A stretch of DNA of 64,000 bases, from positions 1-64,000 of the forward strand of contig JBOEGD010000031.1 in NCBI GenBank assembly GCA_050633245.1, in the 5' to 3' direction. Source of the stretch: Calditrichia bacterium. GTDB lineage: Bacteria; Calditrichota; Calditrichia; RBG-13-44-9; J075. The notes beneath the pieces are model-generated. The model had not been told where the DNA came from. It saw nothing but the letters and a program-made list of their open reading frames with translations, and ran no database searches. The position numbers and the translations under genes were made by a program. Each line of letters begins with the position of its first letter. The first letter of the stretch is position 1. Below, piece after piece: positions 18,471 through 28,742 of this stretch.

Positions 18471-20432
18471 ATGAACAGAACATTTTTGATATGGCTTATT
18501 TGCCTAAGCCTGATCTTACTTCAGCTTTCCTTTGCACAAATACCTCGCGTGCTAACCTACCAAGGGCTATTGACGGAAACCAGCGGTGCAGTCGTTCCTG
18601 ATGGTGAATATCAGTTCCTGCTTAGCCTGTATGAACAGGAAACCGGCGGACAAGCTATTTATGATGAGCTCCAGAACCTGGTACCGGTTATTGATGGTAT
18701 TTTTAACGTGCAAATCGGCAGCCTCACTCCCCTCGGTCTGCCCTTCGACAAAGCATACTGGCTGGAAGTGGAAGTCGACGGTGAAGTTCATGCCCCAAGA
18801 AGACTCATAACCTCGGCGGCCTATAGCTTCAACTCCGCTGACATTGCCGATAGCATCGTGACTTCAAAAAAAATTGCCGATGGCGTTGTCGTACGTTCAT
18901 TGAATGGGCTAACTGAAAACGTGACGCTTACTGCGGGCGCCAATGTAACGATCGACCAGCAGAACAGCGATCTGATCATCTCTGCAACCGGAGGAGGCGA
19001 TAGTCTGTGGGCAACAAGCGGCACTAATATCACATTCTCCGGCGGAAAAGTGGGGATAGGCGCAGTTAATCCTTCCGAAGCTTTGGATGTGATCGGCAAC
19101 CTTCAATTACCTGCCACATCAGCAAATGGAGATTCGGGCATCATTAAATTTGGATTTGGCGGAAACTCACAGTTCCAGATCCATAACTATGGTCCTATTA
19201 ATGAAAATGTGTTCATCGGACAGGACGCCGGAAATTTCACTCTGAACCAAACGGGCAATATCGGTATTGGACGCCGCACGCTTAATTCAGCCATATCCGC
19301 TGCGTACTGTACGGCGGTGGGACATCTGGCGATGGAAAACAATACGATCGGCATATACAATACAGCCCTGGGATCATATGCGCTTCATAGCAACACGGCC
19401 GGTCAGTCCAACACTGCGTTGGGGTCGAACTCGCTATTCAACAACTCCACCGGCGGCAACAATATTGCTATAGGCAGCTCCTCTCTTTTCGGTAATGTAG
19501 ATGGCAGTAATAATGTAGCTCTCGGAAGCAATGCATTATCAGATAACATCAGTGGCAGCGGGCTAACTGCTATCGGAGCAAATGCCGATGTTGCTTCTGA
19601 TGGTCTGAACAATGCCACTGCAATTGGCTATGGAGCAAAAGTTGACGCCAGCAATAAAATTCGCCTCGGTAATGACGATGTGACTCTGGTTGAAACCTCC
19701 GGAACGGTTGTTGCCCCACGCTTTGAAGGCCAACAGCTATCTGTGGTTAACGACGGTCCCGTCCCTGCAGTGGAGATACGGGATAATACGGGAAGCGGAG
19801 CGCTGATAAAGGCTACTCTCGAAGTGCCGGCGGGCAATGGTCAGAACATGATCTTTATTCAAGCTCCGGTTACATCATCTACCGGCTATGAATTTCTTTC
19901 TTTTCAGCAAGGTACCAATGTTCGCTTCCGCGTGGATAACAGCGGCAACGTTTTCGCAGATGGGGCCTTCACCGGCCCGGCGGACTTTGCCGAGATGCTG
20001 GAAGTCAGCGATGGAGCTCCTACCGTAGAAGCAGGCGATGTGCTTGTTATCGACCCAAATAGTTTTCGTTCTGTTCAGAAATCCACTGAAGCCAGATCCC
20101 GATTGGTTGCAGGAATCTATAGTAGCAAACCCGGATTTGTAGGCTCTGCACGCGATTGGGAAAAGCCGAAAGGAAGTGAGAATACAACCTATACCATGGC
20201 TGATATGGCAGAAGAGTTCAATGAAATCCCGATGGCTGTTATCGGTATCGTTCCTTGCAAAGTATCTGCAGAGAACGGGCCTATTCTGCCGGGAGACTTA
20301 TTGGTCACCTCTGCAATAGCAGGCCATGCCATGAGAGATGAATCACCGGAGAATGGAACAGTCGTTGGCAAGGCATTGGGCAGACACGATAGCGGAACTG
20401 GTGTGATACGAGTACTGGTCATGCTCCAATAG
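18471..20432 (+). CDS. Secreted fibre/adhesin-like protein with C-terminal intramolecular-chaperone (peptidase G2-like) domain
   Basis: Start MNRTF (AAGGAG RBS); TYQGLL...YWLEVEV..E...PR N-domain; GKVGIG..P...LDV motif; 14-aa NTALG..AL..N repeats; ADFAEM...VPCKV...PGDLL...GKAL C-domain. Confidence 0.8.
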   Translation: MNRTFLIWLICLSLILLQLSFAQIPRVLTYQGLLTETSGAVVPDGEYQFLLSLYEQETGGQAIYDELQNLVPVIDGIFNVQIGSLTPLGLPFDKAYWLEVEVDGEVHAPRRLITSAAYSFNSADIADSIVTSKKIADGVVVRSLNGLTENVTLTAGANVTIDQQNSDLIISATGGGDSLWATSGTNITFSGGKVGIGAVNPSEALDVIGNLQLPATSANGDSGIIKFGFGGNSQFQIHNYGPINENVFIGQDAGNFTLNQTGNIGIGRRTLNSAISAAYCTAVGHLAMENNTIGIYNTALGSYALHSNTAGQSNTALGSNSLFNNSTGGNNIAIGSSSLFGNVDGSNNVALGSNALSDNISGSGLTAIGANADVASDGLNNATAIGYGAKVDASNKIRLGNDDVTLVETSGTVVAPRFEGQQLSVVNDGPVPAVEIRDNTGSGALIKATLEVPAGNGQNMIFIQAPVTSSTGYEFLSFQQGTNVRFRVDNSGNVFADGAFTGPADFAEMLEVSDGAPTVEAGDVLVIDPNSFRSVQKSTEARSRLVAGIYSSKPGFVGSARDWEKPKGSENTTYTMADMAEEFNEIPMAVIGIVPCKVSAENGPILPGDLLVTSAIAGHAMRDESPENGTVVGKALGRHDSGTGVIRVLVMLQ

Positions 20433-20476
20433 TGTAAAATGACAGTCTGCTGCACAGACAAAATCAGGAGAACTTA

Positions 20477-22420
20477 ATGAGAAAAATAATATATATAGTC
20501 TGCCTGTTGAACTTCGGGCTGATGCCGAAGAAAGCACATGCGCAATTGCCTGAAGTATTAAGTTATCAGGGTGTGCTACAAGATAGTCTGGGAAACTACA
20601 TCGATGATGGCTCTTACAACTTTACCTTTATGATTTATGGGGTGGCAACGGGTGGTCAGCCTCTGCATTCTGAATCCCAAAATGTGCAAACGGTCAAAGG
20701 AGTCTTCGATGCCTATCTGGGACAAACAAGCGCGCTAACATTGAGCTTTGGCAAACAATACTGGCTGGAACTACAAATTGAAGGTGTTACGCTAACACCT
20801 CGAATTGAGTTAACCGCTACTGCTTATAGTTTACTAAGCATAAATGTTCCTGATAGTCTCATAACAACGGAGAAGATCGAAAATGGATATGCCGTAAGGA
20901 GCATTCAAGGTTCAACGGATTCCCTTAACCTGCAACCGGGAACAAATGTTTCCATCTCAACAAGCCCATCAAACAATATTTTACTGGAAGCAGCCGGTGG
21001 CGGAAATACCAGCCCATGGCAGGTGAATGGCGATGATATTTACCATTCGACCGGCCGTGTCGGCATCGGCACTTCAAGTCCACGGGAAATGCTCGACGTA
21101 AGAGGGAATCTCTTTATCCCTACTCAGATCGGAGCATTTGCCTTTGCCGGTGTTCTCTTTTCCGGTGCTGAAAGATTTATGTTTACGCAGTTTGCTGAAA
21201 ACATTGAAGCGGAAACAATATTTATTGGAAGCCGGGCAGGTAATTTTGATCCTGCGGGACACTCCAACATCGGTATTGGGTTCGCTGCTTTATCTGCAAT
21301 AGGAGATCGAAGTGCTAATATCGCAGTTGGCTCTTCTTCTCTCAGTTCACTGGAGTCAGGTGGGTCCAATACTGCCTTTGGGGCCAGAAACTTATTAAGT
21401 CTTGTAGCGGGTAACAACAATATTGCCTTAGGAAGTAGTATCGGCGGAAATACTTCGGCAGGGGCAAATAGTTCTATTGCGATTGGATTCAATATGGGGG
21501 CTGGAGGGTCGAACCAGGGCTTAGCTATCGGGAACTATGGGAATCTTACCGGTAATCAGGCATTGCAGATTGGAACTTCAGCAGAAACTGACGGCATTCG
21601 TTCATCCGCTATCGGTTACGGCGCACAAGCGCCTCTGGATAATAATATCATATTCGGCGACCAGGACATCACCGTTTTGGAAACTGCCGGAGAGTTAGCC
21701 GCCTCAAGGTTTGCCATAAAATCTCTCAGACTCAAGAAGATTGAAAACGGCTCCGCGATGGAGGTTATAAAACGTCGGAGTATTGGAGAACTTATAACCC
21801 TGGAACGATCTGTGCAACCGCTTGACGAACAGGATTTCCTTCAAGTTGAAGTCCCTGCCAACACAGCAACCAACTTCAGTTTTATCAAAGCAGTGGAAGG
21901 AACAAATACCCGATTACAGGTAACAGGAAACGGCAAAGTTTTGGCAGACGGCAATTATGTGGGACCTGCGGATTTTGCGGAAATGATAATGATCAGTTCC
22001 GGAGCGGCTTCAGCTGAAGCCGGAGACGTGCTGGTAATCGATCCGAGTCGTGAAAAAGCGGTGAAGAAGGCATCTGTTGCACGTTCTGCTCAGATAGCAG
22101 GAGTTTACAGCACCAAACCAGGCTTTGTCGGTTCAGAACGTGAGTGGGAAGAAACCGTTGGAAATGAAGTGCACACTTACGATATCGTCGACATGGCCGT
22201 GAAATTCAATGAGATTCCGATGGCGATTATCGGAATTGTTCCCTGTAAGGTATCGACAGAGAACGGTGCTATTTATCCCGGTGATCTGTTGGTAACCTCA
22301 TCGACTCCCGGGCACGCCATGCGCGATGATAAGCCACAGAATGGAACCGTTCTCGGAAAAGCTCTCGAGGCCTTTTCTTCGGGTAGCGGACTTATCCATG
22401 TGCTCGTGAAACTGCAATAG
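20477..22420 (+). CDS. Second paralogous fibre/adhesin-like protein
   Basis: Same N-domain (SYQGVL...YWLELQI...PR), N.A.G repeats and ADFAEM...GKAL C-domain; divergent middle. Confidence 0.8.
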   Translation: MRKIIYIVCLLNFGLMPKKAHAQLPEVLSYQGVLQDSLGNYIDDGSYNFTFMIYGVATGGQPLHSESQNVQTVKGVFDAYLGQTSALTLSFGKQYWLELQIEGVTLTPRIELTATAYSLLSINVPDSLITTEKIENGYAVRSIQGSTDSLNLQPGTNVSISTSPSNNILLEAAGGGNTSPWQVNGDDIYHSTGRVGIGTSSPREMLDVRGNLFIPTQIGAFAFAGVLFSGAERFMFTQFAENIEAETIFIGSRAGNFDPAGHSNIGIGFAALSAIGDRSANIAVGSSSLSSLESGGSNTAFGARNLLSLVAGNNNIALGSSIGGNTSAGANSSIAIGFNMGAGGSNQGLAIGNYGNLTGNQALQIGTSAETDGIRSSAIGYGAQAPLDNNIIFGDQDITVLETAGELAASRFAIKSLRLKKIENGSAMEVIKRRSIGELITLERSVQPLDEQDFLQVEVPANTATNFSFIKAVEGTNTRLQVTGNGKVLADGNYVGPADFAEMIMISSGAASAEAGDVLVIDPSREKAVKKASVARSAQIAGVYSTKPGFVGSEREWEETVGNEVHTYDIVDMAVKFNEIPMAIIGIVPCKVSTENGAIYPGDLLVTSSTPGHAMRDDKPQNGTVLGKALEAFSSGSGLIHVLVKLQ

Positions 22421-22453
22421 CAAATGCTGAAGAATACTCAGGAAGGATAGAAA

Positions 22454-23839
22454 ATGAATAAATTCGCATTTCTAATAATCATATGTATTGTATTGTGCGC
22501 GATGGGTGAAACCATTTGCCAAACGAAAGTAGAGCGCGATGTATTACCCAGCGGAGGCGCCTATTTATTTGGAGGAGGGTTTTCCGCCCATGTAACGGCC
22601 GGACAGGGAATTATCGGACGGGGCAGCATTGCAAATCAAAAAATAGCTGCCGGCTTTTGGCATACTCAGCCTCTCACCCCTCCACTAAAGCTCTCACAGT
22701 TACCACTATCCGCTGGCGCCGGTGTGGCAACGGTGTGGAATGATGATGTCTATTTTTTCGGTGGAGGAACTCATTGGTGGGGACAGACCTTTCATCAAAC
22801 TATCTTAAAGTTGCAGGATGGTCAATGGCTACCCGTCGGCTCAATTCCCGATAACAATACCTGGGATATGACGCCGGTACTGTTAGGAGACGCGCTTTAT
22901 TTACTCGATGGCTGGAATGGTGGTGAGGGACTGGTGCGCAGCTATGAATTCGATACGGGAAACTGGCGCTATCACGCATCGAGCCCAAATTGGGTAGACT
23001 GGGGCAATACGGCGCAGATTGTAAATAACCAACTTTACTTATTTACTCCGGCGGGAAGAGTTTACCAATATAGCCTTGCAGACAGCACCTGGATGGAAAA
23101 ATCGCCTCATAATATTCTTGCCTTCAACGGCATGCGCTCGGTTGTGCATAATGGGGAGATTTATATTATCGGATTCCGTGACGGCGGATTCTATAAATAC
23201 GATCCCTCATCTAATCAAATGAGTCAGTTGGCCGATCCGCCTTATCAGGTGGCAGGCTGTGCGGTGCAACTCTATCGCGGCAAAATATTCTGCGTCGGTG
23301 GCAGTCCGGAGGGAAATCCGGGGCTCAACAATTACATGTATCGCTCCGTTATTAGCTATGACTTCTCCTCAGATAGTTGGCAGCTGGAGCCACTTGGCAT
23401 CAGCGATAGCCGTACGTTTATGGCTTCAGTTGTTTACGAGGATGAATTTTATGTGTTCGGTGGATTCGACTCCCTTTCATTGGCAGTGAATACGGTAGAG
23501 AAACTGCAGCCTCGGGTTATCGTTGGGATTGACGATGATTTGGCTGCAGCTATCCTGCCGGAAAAACTGAAGCTTGAAAACAACTACCCAAATCCATTTA
23601 ATCCCACCACGACAATCCGTTTTGGTTTACCTACGGCAGCAGATGTGCGCCTGGAAATATTTAACATGCTCGGGCAGCGAATTCGGGTCTTAGTAAATGC
23701 GCCGCTTCAAGCCGGATGGCACAACTACGTTTGGAGCAGCCAAAACGATTATGGAACAATGGTGGCAAGTGGGGTTTATGTATATCGACTGACTACCGGA
23801 AGCAAAGTAATTGCCCGAAAATTGATGCTGTTGAGATGA
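22454..23839 (+). CDS. Secreted Kelch-repeat protein with short N-terminal SGG...TAGQ...GFW module and FlgD/Por-type tail
   Basis: YFFGG, FCVGG, YVFGG Kelch blades; NNYPNPFNP...RKLMLLR. Confidence 0.88.
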   Translation: MNKFAFLIIICIVLCAMGETICQTKVERDVLPSGGAYLFGGGFSAHVTAGQGIIGRGSIANQKIAAGFWHTQPLTPPLKLSQLPLSAGAGVATVWNDDVYFFGGGTHWWGQTFHQTILKLQDGQWLPVGSIPDNNTWDMTPVLLGDALYLLDGWNGGEGLVRSYEFDTGNWRYHASSPNWVDWGNTAQIVNNQLYLFTPAGRVYQYSLADSTWMEKSPHNILAFNGMRSVVHNGEIYIIGFRDGGFYKYDPSSNQMSQLADPPYQVAGCAVQLYRGKIFCVGGSPEGNPGLNNYMYRSVISYDFSSDSWQLEPLGISDSRTFMASVVYEDEFYVFGGFDSLSLAVNTVEKLQPRVIVGIDDDLAAAILPEKLKLENNYPNPFNPTTTIRFGLPTAADVRLEIFNMLGQRIRVLVNAPLQAGWHNYVWSSQNDYGTMVASGVYVYRLTTGSKVIARKLMLLR

Positions 23840-24046
23840 TTCGTTCAATCGGCCATCAATATCAATTTGATAAGAACACGCTATTATCTTGATAAGAGTG
23901 CTAATACAAATCTCGGCAAAATCAACTGTAATCAACTTTTATCTACAATTTATACGGTGGCATATTTTTTGATGTTAATCTCCTAGCCCAATTGATTTAC
24001 CGCGCGATCCCTAAGGATGTGCCTTTCACCAAACAGGAGAAATCAC

Positions 24047-24931
24047 ATGTATGCCACCAAAGCACTTTCACTAACGTTGCTATTTTTAGCACTCACGTTA
24101 GGATGTAGTAAAGACGGTTCATCAGCTTCGCAGGAGCCAGGTGAACTGCTCGAAAAAAGCCCTAAACGCGGCCTTGCTTACAACCTTAGTGATGCTGCCG
24201 ATTTAGAGGCATTAAAAAGCGGCGTGTCCTGGTGGTATAACTGGTATTTCGCAACCGATGCGCCGGGCGATTATAATAGTAATTATCAGATGGAGTTCTT
24301 ACCGATGCTATGGGGCAATAACAGTCCTGCCAATTTTGCCCAGGTTAAAAACTTTATTCTCGCGCATCCCGAGATAAAATATCTGCTGGTATTAAACGAA
24401 CCCAATCTAACCGATCAGGCAAACCAGTCTCCAACCCAGGCAGCAACAGATTGGGTTGCATATGAGCAACTGCTTGATGATCTTGCTGCCGAGCAACGAA
24501 CGGTCGAACTGGTTGACCCGCAGATTACCTGGGGCACCATGCCGGGTTTTGAAGACCCTATAGTTTGGATGGATGCATTTTATGCCGCCTATCAGGCAGC
24601 CAACAATGGCGCCGATCCACGCATCGACTATCTGGCGTTTCACTGGTACGATTACGGCCTGGCCAGTCAGCTCGATCGACTACAAAAATACGGCAAAAAG
24701 ATCTGGGTGACTGAAATGGCAAACTGGAATGCGAACATCAGCTCGTATGAACAGCAAGCCGAGCAGATGACACAGATGGTTGCCATCTGCGAAAACCGCA
24801 GCGATGTCTTTCGCTATGCCTGGTTTATAGGACGTGGCGATACGCCGGACAATAATTATACCTATCTATTTACGCCAAACCCCGGTGAGTTGAATTCGTT
24901 AGGCGAGCTGTATTTAAGTTTGCCGTACTAG
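24047..24931 (+). CDS. GH128-like glycoside hydrolase (putative beta-1,3-glucanase), lipoprotein
   Basis: Lipobox TLGC; KRGLAY, WWYNW, EFLPMLWG, NEP acid/base, AFHWY, IWVTE nucleophile. Confidence 0.85.
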   Translation: MYATKALSLTLLFLALTLGCSKDGSSASQEPGELLEKSPKRGLAYNLSDAADLEALKSGVSWWYNWYFATDAPGDYNSNYQMEFLPMLWGNNSPANFAQVKNFILAHPEIKYLLVLNEPNLTDQANQSPTQAATDWVAYEQLLDDLAAEQRTVELVDPQITWGTMPGFEDPIVWMDAFYAAYQAANNGADPRIDYLAFHWYDYGLASQLDRLQKYGKKIWVTEMANWNANISSYEQQAEQMTQMVAICENRSDVFRYAWFIGRGDTPDNNYTYLFTPNPGELNSLGELYLSLPY

Positions 24932-24953
24932 AGCTTTTTCATTATCATGTAAC

Positions 24954-24989
24954 AGACCTTACCCTTTAGTGACGCTCAGGGTAAGGTCT
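24954..24989 (+). terminator. Hairpin after the glycoside hydrolase gene (terminator or REP-like)
   Basis: AGACCTTACCCT...AGGGTAAGGTCT 12-bp arms. Confidence 0.6.
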
Positions 24990-25119
24990 AATGGCAGCCC
25001 TCCAGCAGAAACTGATTCGTATTTCAGAAGTTTCGTTTTTTCATCGAATATAGAATTGTAAGTAGCTAAGTATACTCTGTTGATCTTCTCAGCAGAACGT
25101 TCACTTCAACACTGAGTCA

Positions 25120-25698
25120 GTGATGTGGTTTTATGTACCTAAAAATCGTTCACAAGTGTACCGCACTAGCAAGGCGTTTTATCAGGATACTATTTTTAAA
25201 CAAAACCGCCGGCTGCGCTATGCTACTTTTCCGAAAATTCGCGAGGCACTCTGGTATAATTTATTTATGCAGATTGGCTTACGCGTAGGCGTTATTGCCT
25301 TTCTGATGCTGTTTGATTTAGGCGCTTTACGAGCAAGTCTTTTTCTGGACGGACATACAGATAAGCCCGATGTGCCTGAAGCGATTCACTTTAACCAAAA
25401 AAACAACTCCACACGCATGATGGTGTATATTAGTATTGATAGAACGGGAGATATTCTGCTGGAAGGCAATATTTACTCTTATGAAGCATTGCCGCGAGCA
25501 CTCTACCTTTGCCTGGTTCGTGAGCCACGGGCCATTGCCACTCTAATTGTAGATAAAGACTGCGAAATGAAGTATGTCCACAAACTATATGCTGCGATAC
25601 GCAAGAGCGGAATTAGCCAGGTAACGCATATTGTAAACCCTTCCCCATCCCTTCTGCAAAAACGAAAAAAAGAGCATCGCAAATTACCATTCAGCTAA
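25120..25698 (+). CDS. ExbD/TolR-like protein (orphan)
   Basis: One TM, then ISIDRTG.I.L.G and LIVDKD..MKYV..L..AIRKSGISQV periplasmic pattern. Confidence 0.7.
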   Translation: MMWFYVPKNRSQVYRTSKAFYQDTIFKQNRRLRYATFPKIREALWYNLFMQIGLRVGVIAFLMLFDLGALRASLFLDGHTDKPDVPEAIHFNQKNNSTRMMVYISIDRTGDILLEGNIYSYEALPRALYLCLVREPRAIATLIVDKDCEMKYVHKLYAAIRKSGISQVTHIVNPSPSLLQKRKKEHRKLPFS

Positions 25699-25861
25699 GA
25701 AACGAACGGGTAGAGTGCTGCAATTAAAATTAGGATACCCAAAGTGAGATCCGAAGAATCTGTTCTACGACTTACCTACCAACAATTTGCCGCTGGTAAG
25801 TAAGTTCTCTATATTTCATCAATTGAGTTTTTCTTATAAGAGAATTATTGAGGACTTTATC

Positions 25862-26296
25862 ATGAGCGCACAAAATTACGCAAACCATCGACGTTTCGTC
25901 CCACCTTTTCATTATTATTTGGCATCGCTTATTCTTGCAACAACCATCGGTGCAGCGATTAATGTCTATAAGAGTACTGGATCGGAATCCGGTATTTACA
26001 GCGCTACACTCATTCTGGCAATTGGCATTGCGCTTATCATGTTATTCCTCTATTCCAGAGCTTTTGCTTTAAGAGCGCAGGATCGCGCCATTCGTGCCGA
26101 AGAAAATTTTCGGCATTACCTGCTTGCCGGAAAACCGCTTGATTCACGTATCACCATGAGGCAGATTATTGGACTGCGGTTTGCGCCCGATGATGAGTTT
26201 CTTGCCCTCGCCAAGGAGGCCGCGGAAAATGGAACCTCTGAAGACGCGATTAAAAGAAGCATCAAAAACTGGCGTGCAGATAACGAACGAGCGTAG
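25862..26296 (+). CDS. DUF6526-like membrane protein
   Basis: QNYANHRRF.P.FH, QDRAIRAEE..R, LRFA.D.E, IKNWRAD. Confidence 0.82.
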   Translation: MSAQNYANHRRFVPPFHYYLASLILATTIGAAINVYKSTGSESGIYSATLILAIGIALIMLFLYSRAFALRAQDRAIRAEENFRHYLLAGKPLDSRITMRQIIGLRFAPDDEFLALAKEAAENGTSEDAIKRSIKNWRADNERA

Positions 26297-26328
26297 ATCA
26301 AGCGCAATATTGTTGATGGAGATAGTGG

Positions 26329-27096
26329 ATGTCGTTTCTTGGCAAGATTGGTAATAAATTAGCGCGTTATTTCTCGCAATCACGCGAACAAGACCATCGT
26401 GTTGCTACATCAAAACCTGAACAACTGGTGGCTGCGCTTCAACCGGGGGATGTGCTGCTGGTTGAAGGCTCCAGCCGTTTTAGCGCTGCAATCAAATACC
26501 TGACCCAATCGACATGGTCTCATGCCGCAATATATATTTCTGCTGAAACGAATCTCGATGGCTTGCACTTTGAAGGTGGTCAACTGCTGGAAGCGGATGT
26601 GGTGGAAGGCGTTCACATTGTCCCGCTTAGTACTTACTGGACAATGCACACCCGTATCTGCCGTCCGGTAGGGCTGAGTCCAAATGAAATCGAAGCCGTT
26701 CTTTTGCACGCCAAATCTCAGATCGGCCATCAGTACGATTTGAAGAACATTGTCGATCTCGCACGCTATTTCTTCCCGACTCCGCCTGTTCCGGCACGAT
26801 GGCGAAGACGCTTGCTATCTATTGGCAGTGGTGACCCAACCAAGGCTATCTGCTCTTCGGTAATTGCTCAGGCTTTCCAATCGGTGCGCTATCCCATTTT
26901 ACCTGAAGCCGTGGTGGCAAAATCGACCGACTCTGCCAGCGCAGACAGCTATCGCGAAATGCTGCACATCCGTCACCATAGCCTGTTTGCCCCCAGAGAC
27001 TTCGACATTTCGCCCTACTTCCGAATTGTTAAGCCGACCATTGAAGATGGTTTTGATCCGCATAATCTTGAGTGGGTTGACACTGCGAACAAATAA
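26329..27096 (+). CDS. YiiX/YebB-like permuted papain (NlpC/P60) hydrolase
   Basis: LQPGDVLLVEG, TWSHAAIY (His before Cys), GHQYD, ICSS. Confidence 0.88.
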   Translation: MSFLGKIGNKLARYFSQSREQDHRVATSKPEQLVAALQPGDVLLVEGSSRFSAAIKYLTQSTWSHAAIYISAETNLDGLHFEGGQLLEADVVEGVHIVPLSTYWTMHTRICRPVGLSPNEIEAVLLHAKSQIGHQYDLKNIVDLARYFFPTPPVPARWRRRLLSIGSGDPTKAICSSVIAQAFQSVRYPILPEAVVAKSTDSASADSYREMLHIRHHSLFAPRDFDISPYFRIVKPTIEDGFDPHNLEWVDTANK

Positions 27097-27100
27097 ACCG

Positions 27101-27502
27101 TTAACCCAACATTTGCTTTCGCACCTCTTTGCTGCAGGAAAGCAAGAGCACAACCAAGTGCATTGCACTTGCCATAAAAAACATCGATGATCCGGCCATC
27201 TGAATCATAAAGAATTCCGGCCAGGGGTTCGTCAGATGAATAGTATATGCCGCTAGCGCGTCCCATATCGCCAACGCATTCCACACAACAATTGCCGTCC
27301 ATGCCCACAACCCCACTTTCTTCAGAATCAGATAGGCAATAAACAATCCGGTTATGCCGATGATCGCGTCTCCGATCAACGGCATCAGCCAGGCCGCTGG
27401 TGGGTCCCCCGGCATATTGCCACCGACACGATGAATAAAAGCGAGCGTCATTGCGCGACCGGACAATAATAGCGTTATTGCGAACATAATTTTTTTAGAC
27501 AT
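27101..27502 (-). CDS. Hypothetical 4-TM membrane protein
   Basis: Four hydrophobic segments; AAGGAG RBS; divergent from the HxlR gene. Confidence 0.8.
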   Translation of the reverse strand: MSKKIMFAITLLLSGRAMTLAFIHRVGGNMPGDPPAAWLMPLIGDAIIGITGLFIAYLILKKVGLWAWTAIVVWNALAIWDALAAYTIHLTNPWPEFFMIQMAGSSMFFMASAMHLVVLLLSCSKEVRKQMLG

Positions 27503-27534
27503 CTCAATCTCCTTAAGAACTGATTTTGTGATTT

Positions 27535-27559
27535 GTCACCTCGAGCGAAGTCGAGAGGT
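27535..27559. repeat. REP-like hairpin GTCACCTCGAGCGAAGTCGAGAGGT
   Basis: Same family as the element at 44294 (opposite orientation) and pieces at 35610-35685. Confidence 0.7.
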
Positions 27560-27633
27560 TAGCAAGCTCTCCATAGGGCTTTAACGGAGCCTGACCACAT
27601 TAAATAAAAAGCTTTATTAAATAAATTCAATTC

Positions 27634-27658
27634 ATTCACTTGCATTTTGCAAGTGAAT
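27634..27658. promoter_or_regulatory. Putative HxlR operator
   Basis: ATTCACTTGCA-TTT-TGCAAGTGAAT 11-bp perfect arms between divergent genes. Confidence 0.7.
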
Positions 27659-27712
27659 TTAAAAATACAAAATATTTTATACAAAACAAACTCTGTTTTG
27701 CTATGTTTAATC

Positions 27713-28153
27713 ATGGTTAAATCTACATACCGCAACAGCGATAAATGTCCGGTCACCTTTGCCCTCGACGTATTTGGGGATAAATGGAGTCTGCTGATTC
27801 TACGAGACATCATTTTTAAGGAGAAGAAATACTATGGAGACTTTCTGAGCTCCCCGGAGAAGATTGCGACTAACATTTTGGCGAGCAGATTGCAAAAGCT
27901 GGAAGCAGAAGGGCTAATTGCTAAAAGCCGTGATCCGCAAAACGGCACAAAGTTTATTTACTGCCTCACGCAAAAAGGCAAAGATCTGCTGCCGGTAATA
28001 TTGGAAATGGTTGCGTGGAGCGCCAAATATGACCCGCAGCCGGACGTGGCAAGCAGCATTATTGAGGGCGCACCAGAGAACCTGTTGCAGCGCTTGGAGC
28101 AGGATCGGCAAGCGTTGATTGAAGAGATTTTGGAGAAGTTGGGGAAAGAATAA
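27713..28153 (+). CDS. HxlR family winged-helix regulator
   Basis: CPVTFALDVFGDKWSLLILRD, IATNILASRL, Y.LT.KG; start moved to MVKST. Confidence 0.92.
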   Translation: MVKSTYRNSDKCPVTFALDVFGDKWSLLILRDIIFKEKKYYGDFLSSPEKIATNILASRLQKLEAEGLIAKSRDPQNGTKFIYCLTQKGKDLLPVILEMVAWSAKYDPQPDVASSIIEGAPENLLQRLEQDRQALIEEILEKLGKE

Positions 28154-28175
28154 TATTTATCTTTAAGACTGCTTA

Positions 28176-28742
28176 CTAAGCCTGGACAGATGCTCTCTTT
28201 TCCTGAAAAGACTTAATAAATTGGACTTCCACCTTTCGGTTATCAAACCATATAAAAAGTGACCTGGTATTTATTCTGGTAAAGGCTCTGCAATTAACCC
28301 AAATATCTACTTTATCATATATAATGATAAGTTCGTACCACTTGGACCAAGAATCTTTACCTACAGGATAAATAATCGCCGAATATTTCTTGTTATGTCT
28401 GTGAAGTAGATGCTCTTTTTCCTCTGCCAGCTGTTTTACCATTTCCCAATTTTTCTCAAAACTGATTCCAGGGACTCGTATGAGCTTATCTCTGAGAAGA
28501 AAGAATGCAATAATCCATGCAATAATCCATGCAATAATCGGAAAGCTTAATAGAATAAAGAACACCTTGGCAGAAAAGTTTTCATTGAGGCTTAATACTT
28601 GAGAAGTACTGAGAAGATATCCAATTGGCAAGCCAGTAAAGCCAATTGGCATGGCATAGACTGCAAGAGTATCGACTAGGCTGAATTGTCTGATTACTCT
28701 TCTTTTTCTCAACGACTCTGCTGGTTTAACTTCGAAAAACAT
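28176..28742 (-). CDS. Hypothetical membrane protein, AT-rich
   Basis: 188-aa ORF, two TM; contains a 12-bp tandem repeat (IIAW) at 28505-28539. Confidence 0.6.
   Translation of the reverse strand: MFFEVKPAESLRKRRVIRQFSLVDTLAVYAMPIGFTGLPIGYLLSTSQVLSLNENFSAKVFFILLSFPIIAWIIAWIIAFFLLRDKLIRVPGISFEKNWEMVKQLAEEKEHLLHRHNKKYSAIIYPVGKDSWSKWYELIIIYDKVDIWVNCRAFTRINTRSLFIWFDNRKVEVQFIKSFQEKRASVQA

Noticed and set aside
18471-22420. Prophage tail region
   Set aside because: Both fibre-like proteins have Sec signal peptides, and no capsid, terminase, baseplate or integrase genes are nearby.
28505-28539. Phase-variation repeat in the membrane protein gene
   Set aside because: The 12-bp unit is in frame, so it only repeats IIAW within a TM helix.
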